This document shows positions 1-10,900 of a DNA stretch of 64,000 nucleotides, piece after piece. Every line of letters begins with the position of its first letter. The first letter of the stretch is position 1. Below the pieces are notes generated by a model. It worked only from the letters and a program-made list of their open reading frames with translations, was not told the origin of the DNA and did not search any database. The position numbers were made by a program, and so were the translations under genes. The stretch lies in the NCBI GenBank assembly GCA_002633005.1, contig NMRA01000146.1, positions 757,834 through 821,833 on the forward strand. The letters are read 5' to 3'. This stretch comes from Phoronis australis. Its lineage: Eukaryota; Animalia; Phoronida.

Positions 1-917
1 AACCTAAAATTAAACGTTCTGAATATGAAACCAAATACCTAAACATATGTTTTTCATGAATTTGCTTTGTAGTGAATTTAAAACTTACTTTCATGTATTT
101 TTGCAATTTGCAGGGAAAGCTGTGCATGTTTCAGATTATGTCCAAGAACTTGGTAGTGACGATCAAGATAAAGATTGATTCTGCAGTGCATATTAACTTG
201 GGCCTTCTTGTATAAAGGTTTAAATAGGAGTACTTCTTTATGCCTGATTAAAAATATTTTGTATTTTATTTAAATTGCAGATGACATCTTAATTTCGTAT
301 TGATATGTTTCAATCTGGTCAAATTTAACATTCTGTTAAGTCTTTTTAAAAGTTTATACTGCTTGGGCCTGAGTTCTTATGAAGACTGTGTTGAGAGACA
401 TCTTCTTCAACTTACGTTAAATTCTTAGACAGTTGAAAGAAATGCATTGTTACAGTAAATCTTAAAATTGCTTTAAATTCCAGTGCTCTATATTCCATAG
501 CTTGATTAACATTCAGCTTTTCACTGAAATTTTTAGGGTTAATTATTTGCCAGTTCGATGTTCATTTAGGCACATAATTGTATCTTAGTTTATTGATTTA
601 CATCTCATGTCCTGTGTTTTTCATAGTGACCCATGGATCCCTGTTTAAGTATCCTTGAAAATGTTTGTGTTGTATTTTACCAAATGTTTGGCATACTCAT
701 AATTCTTGTAGTCATAATTACAGAAAGTTTGTTGATTTGCTCGTATTTCTCTACTTGATGTCCTGCAATGAAACTTTAATTACTGGAAAGTTCACTTTGC
801 CAACTACTACCCTTATGGAACAATGATCAATTTTATTTTTTGTTCCAAACGTAGTTTTGAGTATTTGATATGTAAACTCAGGCTGTGTAATGAGCATTAT
901 TTTTTTAGTCTAGTATT

Positions 918-1138
918 CATGCGCGCACCCAGCCAAAATGGGGGGCTTGAATTTGATTCAGGGGTACGTTCAGAGCTATGAATTTTGCTTTCCTGGAATT
1001 TTGGTTATTCCTGCCATTTTAGTGGACTTTTGTTTTCTACTTTTTTCGATATTGTTGTTTCTACATGGCTGACATTTTTGCCCACCCTATGAAAGGGAAA
1101 GAGGGTCGTTCGAGCCCCCCCCCCCGGGTGCGCGCATA
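918..1138. mobile_element. MITE with CATGCGCGCACCC termini and 5-bp TSD
   Basis: Starts catgcgcgcaccc, ends gggtgcgcgcat(a); flanked by gtatt at 913-917 and 1139-1143; related copy at 41362-42397. Confidence 0.7.
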
Positions 1139-1516
1139 GTATTTATTAAGTCTTAAGCTCTATGGGTGAAGTGTTTGTTTCTCCTGCAGTGTAATGATAA
1201 TGTTAGCAGTTTTCATGAAAGTCACTACGCGAGGCTTGCCACAAATTTACCTATTCAAGGTCATAATACGATATTTGCATCTTTGAAAGTTATCTACTGT
1301 GTAAATAGTTTATTTTTATGATTTACTTCATAATTTACCATTTTTGGTATTCATCGTTTATGGTATTGATATGCTTTAATAAAATGCTTAAAGAACACAG
1401 GAATGCCTTTAATGACATACTGCATGCTGTGCATATCATGATGTACAATCGGAGCATTGTTGTCGCCACCAGTTGGATGGGTGGCCCTGACTGTTCTTAA
1501 CATGTTCTGGACTGTT

Positions 1517-2075
1517 TACCAACGTGGAACCTACCTGCGACTTTTTAACCACGTGCGTTTTCCGATTGCTCCCATAGATGACATACTGATTTAATCGTTA
1601 AATCAGTACATGTATGTCCTCTATGGGAGCAAGCGGGAAAACCAGGTGGCTGAAAAGTTGAAGGTCGGTGCGACGTTGGCAAACGGTCGCCTCTAAGTTG
1701 GTGCGACGTTGGCAAACGGTCGCCTCTAAGTTGGTGCGACGTTGGCAAACAGTTGCCTCTACGTTGGTCCGACGTCGGTAAACAATCGCTTGCAGGGTGG
1801 CGGGACGTTGATAAGTGGTCGGAATTGAATTGGCGCGACGTCGGTAAAGGGTCGTATTTCCGCCGTCGGGCCCAGGTCGTACCGTCGTCGGTTATTAGTT
1901 GGCAGTCGGACCAACGGCGGGTCATTGGCGGCCCGACTGCGACGTTCTTACGACGTTGTTACAACGTTCATCCGATGGACAAAATCACGTTGGTACGACG
2001 TCAGACACCAACGTTGGCCCGACGTAACGTGAGTCGTCGGACCGACGTTGGACCACCGACAGCATGCTATCTGGG
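1517..2075. mobile_element. GC-rich foldback/MITE, left arm truncated, with 33-bp internal tandem repeats
   Basis: Imperfect palindrome centred near 1596 (tgctcccatagatgacatac / gtatgtcctctatgggagca, extending about 1517-1680); ggtgcgacgttggcaaacggtcgcctctaagtt repeats from 1666; right end tgctatctggg followed by TA. Confidence 0.7.
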
Positions 2076-2266
2076 TATGGTAACAGCGTATTCAGTTCCA
2101 GGACTCAAGCCAGTACACTCTTTGATGGTAGCGGCCTTATCTGCTATAAAATGTTGAGTACCGCATGAAACGTGGTAGCCGTCTTGACTTCCATTTGCTG
2201 CTGTCCAACTGATATTTACTGTTGTGTAACCGCCCACTAGATTGGTAATATTAGCTGCAACTATTT
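2076..2266 (-). pseudogene. Fibronectin type III exon disrupted by the foldback element
   Basis: Pyrimidine tract + CAG acceptor, phase-1 start; EIVAANITNLVGGYTTVNISWTAANGSQDGYHVSC...CTGLSPGTEYAVTI has the FN3 W, Y and GLxPGTxY motifs; frame runs into the element and stops. Confidence 0.8.
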
Positions 2267-5200
2267 CTGGAACGGTAGAGGCAGGGTCAAAAATTGTACA
2301 TAAAAACAACCAATGGCATCGGTTTGTACGCAACGTGGGCCTCGCGTTCAGTGTACTATACACTCAGACAGATGGAATCTCAGCGACAGTCCGATCGTAC
2401 GCAAGACATCGTCATGTGATGTGTCTAGTACGGTTTTGAACAATAAACAAATTGTCGCTTAGTAGTTACGATGGCAATATGAGCAAAAATGGGTGTAATG
2501 CGAGAAAATGAAATGCAAGTACTTGGGCGTCATGAGATTGCCGGCATGTATCTTGCAAGTGTAAAGCTGGGAACATCACTTCTCAGGAGCTTTGAAATTG
2601 CCATCGTAAAGTTTTATGTTAGGCTAACGTAAATCAAAATTCGTTGCGTCAAAAGCCTATTTAAGCAAACAGAAAATGAACCAAGTCGTAACAGCCTGTC
2701 ACCATTCTTAATCAGGAACTTAGATATGTCCCCGATGGATTAACATGTACATGCGAATAAATCAAAACATACATGTGTATCACTGTCTGCATCGATGCAT
2801 CATAGTTTCCTAATATCCAAAATTAAGACTAATCGTTAATTCTTAAGACTTGTTATGTTTTGTTTGTTTTGAGCACTTCCACTGACTGAGAGCTCATGCA
2901 CGTCAAAATCCTGGGCAGAGAACCACGTTTTTGAAACTAGGATTTTGACGCTGTATTCCAGGAGGTATATTATTCCAAGGGGAGGCACAAGAGTCGTTAT
3001 CGCTTTTTTTCTAAACCTAAAAGTCAAAATTGACAAGACACTGGGTGTTTTCGATAGCCATGATACATGAAGCTATGTGACTTGATTATTGTCAGTTTTA
3101 AGATGTCTTATCGAGCAAAAACTAAACCGCATACCTCGCAGATAGAGTACGTTTGAGGTCGCCGGTGCACAAATAACCGCGGGAATTTAAACTTTTGTGT
3201 TGTACGTTTTGTTTAAAGGTAAACTTGTGAACGTAGAGTACGGTTTAGTTAGGCGTGACTGTAACCGGAGACAGACCGGGGAGTCGGGAGTTAATAGACC
3301 GTCACAACTAGCGTGAGCGTAAGCGTGACTGTGCCCAAGAACTTACCACGAGGTAGGCGTTTATGAAACGCGTGTTGCCGTGAGCGAGCCGCGAGTCAAG
3401 CCTGAGTTTCCCTGCCTTCACTACAGTAGGGACAACCTTAATTGCTATGTCACTAACTTAGCGCAACTTGTACAAAGTACTGTACCGTATTCCGAGTTGC
3501 ATTTCTCAGCGCTTGAATCATCTCTCAAAGACATTATTTTAAAGAAGCGAGTTTGGTGTATGCTCCAAATTGATAAAGTGACTAACTCACTTCAGTCATA
3601 CATGTACCATATTTTATCAAGTTATAGAACACCTGTTTTCTTGTAAAATATTTACTGTCTTCTTAGTAAATGAAAACTTGTCTGTGCATGTTTCACTGCC
3701 AACCAATAAATGTATAGGTAATTTAAACGTTTGATTGGGATTCTTTGATGAATGAACTTAACCTCCACACAGAAAATTGAGGGCATTGTAATTCTTCAAC
3801 TTCAATTATGTCACACAACTTTTTCAGGTAAGGTTCATTTCGTTTANGTGACTCCTATGCTAGGTTTTTGGCTTTCATATTTTATCAAGTTATAGAACAC
3901 CTGTTTTCTTGTAAAATATTTACTTCTTAGTAAATGAAAACTTGTCTGTGCATGTTTCACTGCCAACCAATAAATGTATAGGTAATTTAAACGTTTGATT
4001 GGGATTCTTTGATGAATGAGCTTAACCTCCACACAGAAAATTGAGGGCATAGTAATTCTTCAACTTCAATTATGTCACACAACTTTTTCAGGTAAGGTTC
4101 ATTTCGTTTATGGGCCTACAAAGAATTCTGGGCTTCGAAAAATCAGTTATCTTTACAGTGATGTATATAAATTGGCAAATGCATTGAGATAATTACTTGA
4201 GGCGCATTTTTAAACTGGATTGATAACCCGAAAATAAGTGGGAGACATTAAATATTGAACCAAAATCGATGGAATATCACTAATGTTGGGCTCTGTAATA
4301 AAGCAGTGTTTAAACACGCACGCAACCCATATATACATAAAGAGTAGACCCCTATGCCTTTGCTTTATGAAGAAAAAAAGAAGCGTCTGTTCCAGTCTTT
4401 CTGGTGCGAGCCAGAATAAATCACATTTCGGGTACGTTGAAATGTATTCAGTTTGGCGTTATAAGNGTAGACCCCTATGCCTTTGCTTTATGAAGAAAAA
4501 AAGAAGCGCCAGTTCTTTCTGGTGCCAGCCAGAATAAATCACATTTCGGGTACGTTGAATTGTATTCAGTTTGGCGTTATAAGTGATTTACATCAGACCC
4601 GTGGGCTGACAATGTTCCGTCAGGAGACGTCTCTCGCAAAATAACTATGGAAAAGAAATCTCCTTTATTTGATATTAGACCCGTGATCAACCAAGTCTTA
4701 TAAGCAGTTTTACATAAACGTTCAACTAAAAATAAATTCTCAAGTTTTGCGAAAGTTACACGGGCCTTCAATTTCTTTGGTCAAGAAATAATTTTATTCG
4801 ACAATTTTAGTCTGTGAAATGTCAAGACATTTTTGATAGGCCTACAAATTGATAACTTTGTTTTGTTATATGATTTGATAGGCATCTTAATTATTTCAAT
4901 CCACGCAGGATTCTCGTATATATATATATTTGTAAGTTCCTTGATATACTACACTATCATTACAAACTTTAAAAGCAGTATTGTTCGTCAAGGATTGAAC
5001 TTAGGCTCACTTCGGAGCGCTCCACGCGCTCAGGGCGCATTCAAACATTTTTAATCTGAAATGTCCTTAGCGAATTGTTTACTGAGCAAGAAAGAATAAA
5101 TAAAATTAGTACAAATTTTACCCATTGCAGCTGTCATGGGCCTTTTTCCCACGGCGTGTGATTTTGTGAAATGGTCTTAGAGTTGATCACGATTAAAACC

Positions 5201-7354
5201 GAAACAATGAAGTATGTTGGGTTGGAATTGACTCGTCAACGTGTGTTCTAAGTACCTGTACCACAAACAACTCTCACTGAAATCTTTACTTCCAAGGCCT
5301 ATCAATAAACTNTGATCACGATTAAAAGCGAAACCGTGACAATGAAGTATGTTGGGTTGGAATTGACTCGTCAACGTGTGTTCTAAGTAAGTGTTCTGTA
5401 CCACAGACAACTCTCACTGAAATCTTTACTTCCAAGGCCTATCAATAAACTTGGGCAGAAATTTAATCAATCAAAACGCTCAGTGTCAAAATTAGTTGAC
5501 CTGAGAAAAGCTAGCAACGATGCTTGTAGGTCTTTGTATATGTTCAGTTTTAAAGTTATCTATTATTAAGTGGAGCCAACATTATGCAGCCATCTATTCA
5601 TTTCTTCATGAATTAGTTCTTACTTCATTACATTCGTTCATGTTTCATTTCCTTGCTTCCTATAGATTTGAGTTGATTTGATAGATTCTCTGTTATGTTA
5701 AATGTCTACAGGAGTTAGTGACAGTGATAATCTATTGTATTCTCATACTTGTAGCGGCTTAAATTCTTAATCCTATAGTCACCAGCCTCTATCTTGACTT
5801 GATTCACAAACAACACAGCCCAAGCTTCTCACTCACTGATTATTTTTGTATTTGGCGAACATTCATCGAATAAGTTCACTTGCAATATCTTTATACTATC
5901 CACGGCTTGGAATTTTTCTCCTTTAAGGTGATTTCCTCTTTTTTGTCATTCAGTTAAGTTTCACAACTAGCGTGGTCGGATACAGAATCACCTACGATGC
6001 ATCACCTGGGAAATTTTTCTCTTTTTTGTCATTGGTGATTGCAAGTCCTAGTAATTATCACGCCTGAAGCTTTTAAAACACGAATATGTTTTTCTCTCTG
6101 AAGCACCTCGGTTTTTTTAATTCATAAGAAAACCCAAAAATATAAATAATTCTGAATGGAGTCTGTACTGAAATGAATTTTGAAAATGAACCTAGCAATT
6201 GGGCTGTCCGTCAGTAGATACTTAGCTATATTAATACGTGCCAATACTTTCTGAGAATAACAGCCTGCCATGTCATTGAGCGAAACTACAACCCGGAAAA
6301 CTGCCTTTCTCCTCCGTTAGCTGTGCTGTATAGGTCAGCTGAGTGAACGGTATTCAGTACACAATAGAGGTACAGTATTAATAGCACCTAACCCACAACG
6401 AAGCAGTGACTCGGGGAAAAAGCCAGATGCAAGTTGACCTTTGTCCAGTGCATGCCCACGTGCCTGTCAAGGCGTATTCAATTTTCGGATATTCTTGAGA
6501 TACGATAGAGAATGTCACGAATTGACGAAATAATCATAAACAGTGAAAATAACTTGCATGTACATAAATTTTCATTGTTTCATACCCGCAATGCCTTCGA
6601 AAAAAGTCTCTCTTTACAAACGACTCTGAGGATCAGTGATCTTAATTCAGCGTACAAACTACTGTAGACGCACACAAAATGACATTATCCGCCCTCATTT
6701 GAACGACTGCCTCCACAGAACGGTCGGGCACATACATATGTATGTTAGTACACAATTTTCCCTTAGATATACGTAATGGTTAATTACTAATGGCAGGTGA
6801 CTGACCAATTCTAAGTGCACTCTAATTATAACAAGTCTATGAAATCCTCGGTTATAATATTTTTCGACACATCTCAATGGCCGGTACTTGTATTATTGAC
6901 AGCACGAAACTATATCAGTAACTAACGAACAAACCATTTTTTTGTGGTAAGACAAGGCTTCTCATCTAATTAAAACAGTTTTTTTTGTGTTTTGACCAGC
7001 GTACGTGAAATTATTAGTATATTCCGTCAGTGGCTGTATTGCACCTAACTGCTAGACCCAACACAAAACACGATCGTTCAGTATAGCCGCTAAGGAAAGC
7101 AAGACGGAGACATTCTTTCAGATCACACGGACCAGTCACGGCCTGTATTGATCGCGTTGGCTTAGCTCCTTTGTGCGAAGATTGCCTCAGGGCTCATTGC
7201 TGAACCGCCAATAGCGGATTTGCAGCGCAAACGAACTACGCATTGCGCATGTGCGAGTTACTTCCTGCGCGAAGGCTCATGGGATAGCTTGTGGTCAGGC
7301 ATGTCTTGAGCAGGCTGGATAGTGTGTGCATTTGGAGTGATTTGCAAACTACAA

Positions 7355-7692
7355 ACCATGTTTCATTTTTTTGCTTTATAATACCAAGCAAGTCCTCTCT
7401 CTCGTTTGTAAACACAGCGTAGCTATGATCAGTGACCGTGTGACCGAGGGCACAACTGTCGTCATGTTCAGTATTGGGGCTATCGGCGTTGATTTCGAAA
7501 TCTCCTCCGGTTTCAGACAAGTTGAGAGTTCTTGGGTTGCTTAACTTTGCTTTCGCCGTGGATATGTTAGAGACGTTAATTTCAAGAGGAAACTCCGTCG
7601 GAATGTTGTTCTCATGCGTCTTTTTTCCACCAGGAAAATGTTCGCTGCACACACGATGGCCCCTAGGCACTGAATTACATCGCACTGGATGC
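7355..7692 (-). pseudogene. THAP-domain protein fragment, probably DNA-transposon derived
   Basis: RVCSEHFPGGKK...NIPTEFP matches the C-terminal half of THAP; downstream DHSY motif and short coiled-coil-like stretch; N-terminal half lost at the N at 7693. Confidence 0.7.
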
Positions 7693-9138
7693 NGTAGCGC
7701 TCATGTGCTAGTCAGCAATTCGCACCCTAATTGCTAAATGCTAAATGGTAGAATTGTACGAGGGAACCGTGGCCCCCTTGCCCCCCTAAATCCGCCATTG
7801 CTTAGGCCTACCTGGTCACAGCTCTCGCTCAAACGTGGTTTATTTAGAACTTGGGGTACTCTGGCGAACTGTGCAAAGTTGTTGGCTTTCAACAGAGATT
7901 TCCCAGACTTCGCATGAGCGCACCAAGCCTAAAAAATGGAGGGCTGGAATTTTTGGGAATGTGTATCCTTTGCTATTACATTCAATGGGTATGTTCATAG
8001 CTATGAATTGCAGACGCTAAATTTTGGTACATTCTGTCTTCTAGTGGAATGTTGTCTCGTTTTCTCCTTTTTTCGAAATTTGTGCTTCTCTGATTGAGGC
8101 AAACCCTTTTCCATTTCTCCAAACAGGAGGCTCGTTCTAGCACATAAGTGTGACAAGTCCAAAACAAAATGTTATAATTTTTTTCATTAAGCCCAAATGA
8201 TTCAACCTTTTACCATGATAAGTAACTTAAAATGCACAATACTTTACAACATTCAAGCAATTTCAAACATTATTCAACAGCAAAAGTTTCCATGATATGA
8301 TAGTGGACAACCACGGTGACCGTATACTGTTTCCTTACACCAGAAGTTGACAAGCATGGTTTAAAGATATGAAGTTGCAAGGAACAAGAATTGGAGGCTT
8401 GAAGCTTCACAATCCAATATAGCTTATTTCTTTATTTAAGATTCTTCAAAACAGTAAGCTATAAACGAGGACATTATTTATCAATGGCCCCATGGACTAC
8501 TGCAAGGGGTCACGTACTGCATTGTAAAATTGTGGGGATACTCCAGTTTTTAAAAGATTCTGAGTCACTTCCATTCAGTAGCGTCAAGACGTGATTTATT
8601 TGTCGCTCGTCCACAATATGTAAAATAACCATCACCTCTACACCACTGGATCGAATGAAATCCGCACAGCTAATATTGATACCACGAACTCCGAAGAGAA
8701 TCACGCGGCATTCATACCACTTGCAGTCTTTTCCTCCCCCCTCGCCATTGCGAATTGTATGGTGCCAATTTTGCGACCGTTCCCGTCGTCAAATGCCAAG
8801 TCTAATTTTATTCCTCCCCGAAAATCCTAGCACTGAATGTAATTAAGAAACATATTCGACACAAAAGCACAACCTTGACAAAAACCTGCGAGGAAATCAA
8901 GCCATGAGTGCAGGTTCAGCGGTCAGTGGTAGCATATGCAGGGGTAACCCCCCGGACATTTAATGACTCAATAACCGCAGTCCAACCGAGTCAACCTAGG
9001 CCAGTCTTAGGGTGAGTCACAACCCAACCGAGTTCAGAATGCGTCCGGGCGAAGCCTGACCTCACTCCGGTTGAAGGTCACCCGAGGCCTGACTGAGGCT
9101 GAAGTTCGTTCGATAGGAAGTTGGTTTCGATCAGCACT

Positions 9139-9840
9139 GTAGTAATATAAACTTCATTGTCGCAGGCTAGCCAACACTCGACATTTTCTTCGAAGTTGAC
9201 TGTCGGTTATAAAATTCAAACCCTTGACTTCCGGTGGAAACTGCCTTACGAATACAACTCAACACAAAGGAAACTTGCACAATAACTACGTTTTTTTAAG
9301 AATTGCTTGAATTCCATTGATTACATTGTACTGACCAGGGCAGTGTCTCAGGGGATTAACATTGGGTGAATTCTTACTGCTGTTGGTCACCGGATGTTCG
9401 TCTTCATTTAAATTCACACAGACGTGCCCAAATGCTTACATAACTGCACTAATTCTGTACTGACCAGGTTAAACGTTTGTAGTTTTATGGTATTTGTATC
9501 TTTTTAAATGTTAAGGAAACAGTTCGGCAACATTTTTGAGATGATGGGTTTTGCATGAGCAAACTTAACAATAATTTTTGTTGGAAAATAATGGGAAATT
9601 TTTTGAACCAAAAATTAAATATCTCACAATATTCAAATTTTAAAAAACTTGAAAAGGTAAATTTTCATCACATAGAAACCTTAAAGTTTTAAGAAAATTC
9701 AAGTTCTCCACAAATAAAAAAATCCAGTTTTCTGAAAAACTTAAGAAGTCAGAAAACTTAAGTTTTTAAAATTACAAAAACTTAAGTTTTGTGATAATCT
9801 TAAGTTTTCAGCGAAAAACTTAAGTTCATTTTTGTAAGGG
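9139..9840. repeat. Repeat copy 1: non-autonomous DNA element (CCTTAC...GTAAGGG) with AAAACTTAAGTTTT units plus about 100 bp shared left flank
   Basis: Aligns by eye with 42870-43737; imperfect terminal inverted repeat ccttacgaatacaactcaa / ttaagttcatttttgtaaggg. Confidence 0.75.
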
Positions 9841-9845
9841 GGCGG

Positions 9846-10570
9846 GACGAGATATAGCACTGGACGAAATTATCACAGTTTTCCATAAATTTGCCATCGG
9901 AAATGTGAGCGACACATACGAACGATATGCGTTTAACTGCAGGATACATCTACCTTACGAAACTTTTGAAAACTTTCACTTCGCAATAAGAACTCTGAAC
10001 AAAGCCTGAATATTGTACAGGCTGTGCGAACACTGTGATCCGACACAGGACTGTTCTGGGCACCCGTCTCTTCTAAAATGGTCGAACTTAAACTTCGAAA
10101 AATGCGTCGATGATATGCCCACCCTGCGTCTCAGTCAAACGCTATTGGAACGATGCACATCACTGTGAACAAAGTGTTCAACGGCTGTGCTAAACACCCT
10201 CCCAGATAGTGCCTAATTCATTGCTTGCGACACGTCTTAAAGTGTAACATAGAAAAATACCCTTAGTGATAAAAGTATGTTCGGTGCACGACCATTCGAT
10301 ACAATAATCGTCAATTTCTGTGTGACGTTACACAAACGCACGCACACACACATAGACACACACACACTCACACACACACACACACAAATACAAACACACA
10401 CAAACAAACAGTCACAGTCGGTAATCCCATTTTATTGTTCATTAATTGTGCTTTTAATTTATACATATATATAAGAGTTCAACAGTCGTCAAAAAAACCG
10501 TCGTACATTACGATTCTTGCCTTTCTATTTTATGCTACTTGCATTGGCATTCTCAGCCAAATATGTTCCT
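9846..10570 (+). repeat. Segmental duplicate of 63304-64000 (Gypsy gag remnant, (CA)n, 3' end of minus-strand gene)
   Basis: Colinear high similarity from acgagata.agcactggacgaaatt to gcattctcagccaaatatgttcct at the window end. Confidence 0.9.
10338..10410. repeat. (CA)n-type microsatellite
   Basis: Imperfect cacacaca run; counterpart near 63785-63830. Confidence 0.9.
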
Positions 10571-10900
10571 TCAACCTTGACTACCATATCGTTTGATACT
10601 ACATTTTTACTTCAAATGCCGTCTTTCATAAGTTTTTCACTAATGTCAGCAGGAGAACGACGCTCTTTACCAATTCCTAGTTTCTCTTTATCTAGATTCT
10701 ACGAAACTTTTGTCTTAATTTTCTGCGTTGTCACCTTTCTCCTGTGCATCCTTCACCTCTTCATCTGCCTGCAAACCTTCTGCCTCAACTTTTTCTTAAC
10801 CAAGAAGTATACGATAACAATGGCGCCCACTATGATCAACAGTGCCCCAACGATTCCAAGAATGACGCCCAAATTTGAAGATTTTTTCAACGCGACTACA
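10431..10900 (-). pseudogene. Decayed terminal exon of a single-pass membrane protein (TM helix, short tail, polyA signal)
   Basis: LGVILGIVGALLIIVGAIVIVYFLV followed by KKK stop-transfer; tail broken by frameshifts/stops; AATAAA on - at 10431-10436, conserved in the duplicate at 63861-63866. Confidence 0.6.

Noticed and set aside
1666-1870. 33-bp repeats resembling a CRISPR array
   Set aside because: Head-to-tail degenerate repeats without unique spacers, inside a foldback element in eukaryotic DNA; no cas genes.
3608-4110. About 235-bp near-identical direct duplication
   Set aside because: Straddles the N at 3847; most likely an unmerged contig or haplotype overlap.
4343-4583. About 120-bp direct duplication
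   Set aside because: Straddles the N at 4466; likely assembly artefact.
5183-5451. About 130-bp direct duplication
   Set aside because: Straddles the N at 5312; likely assembly artefact.
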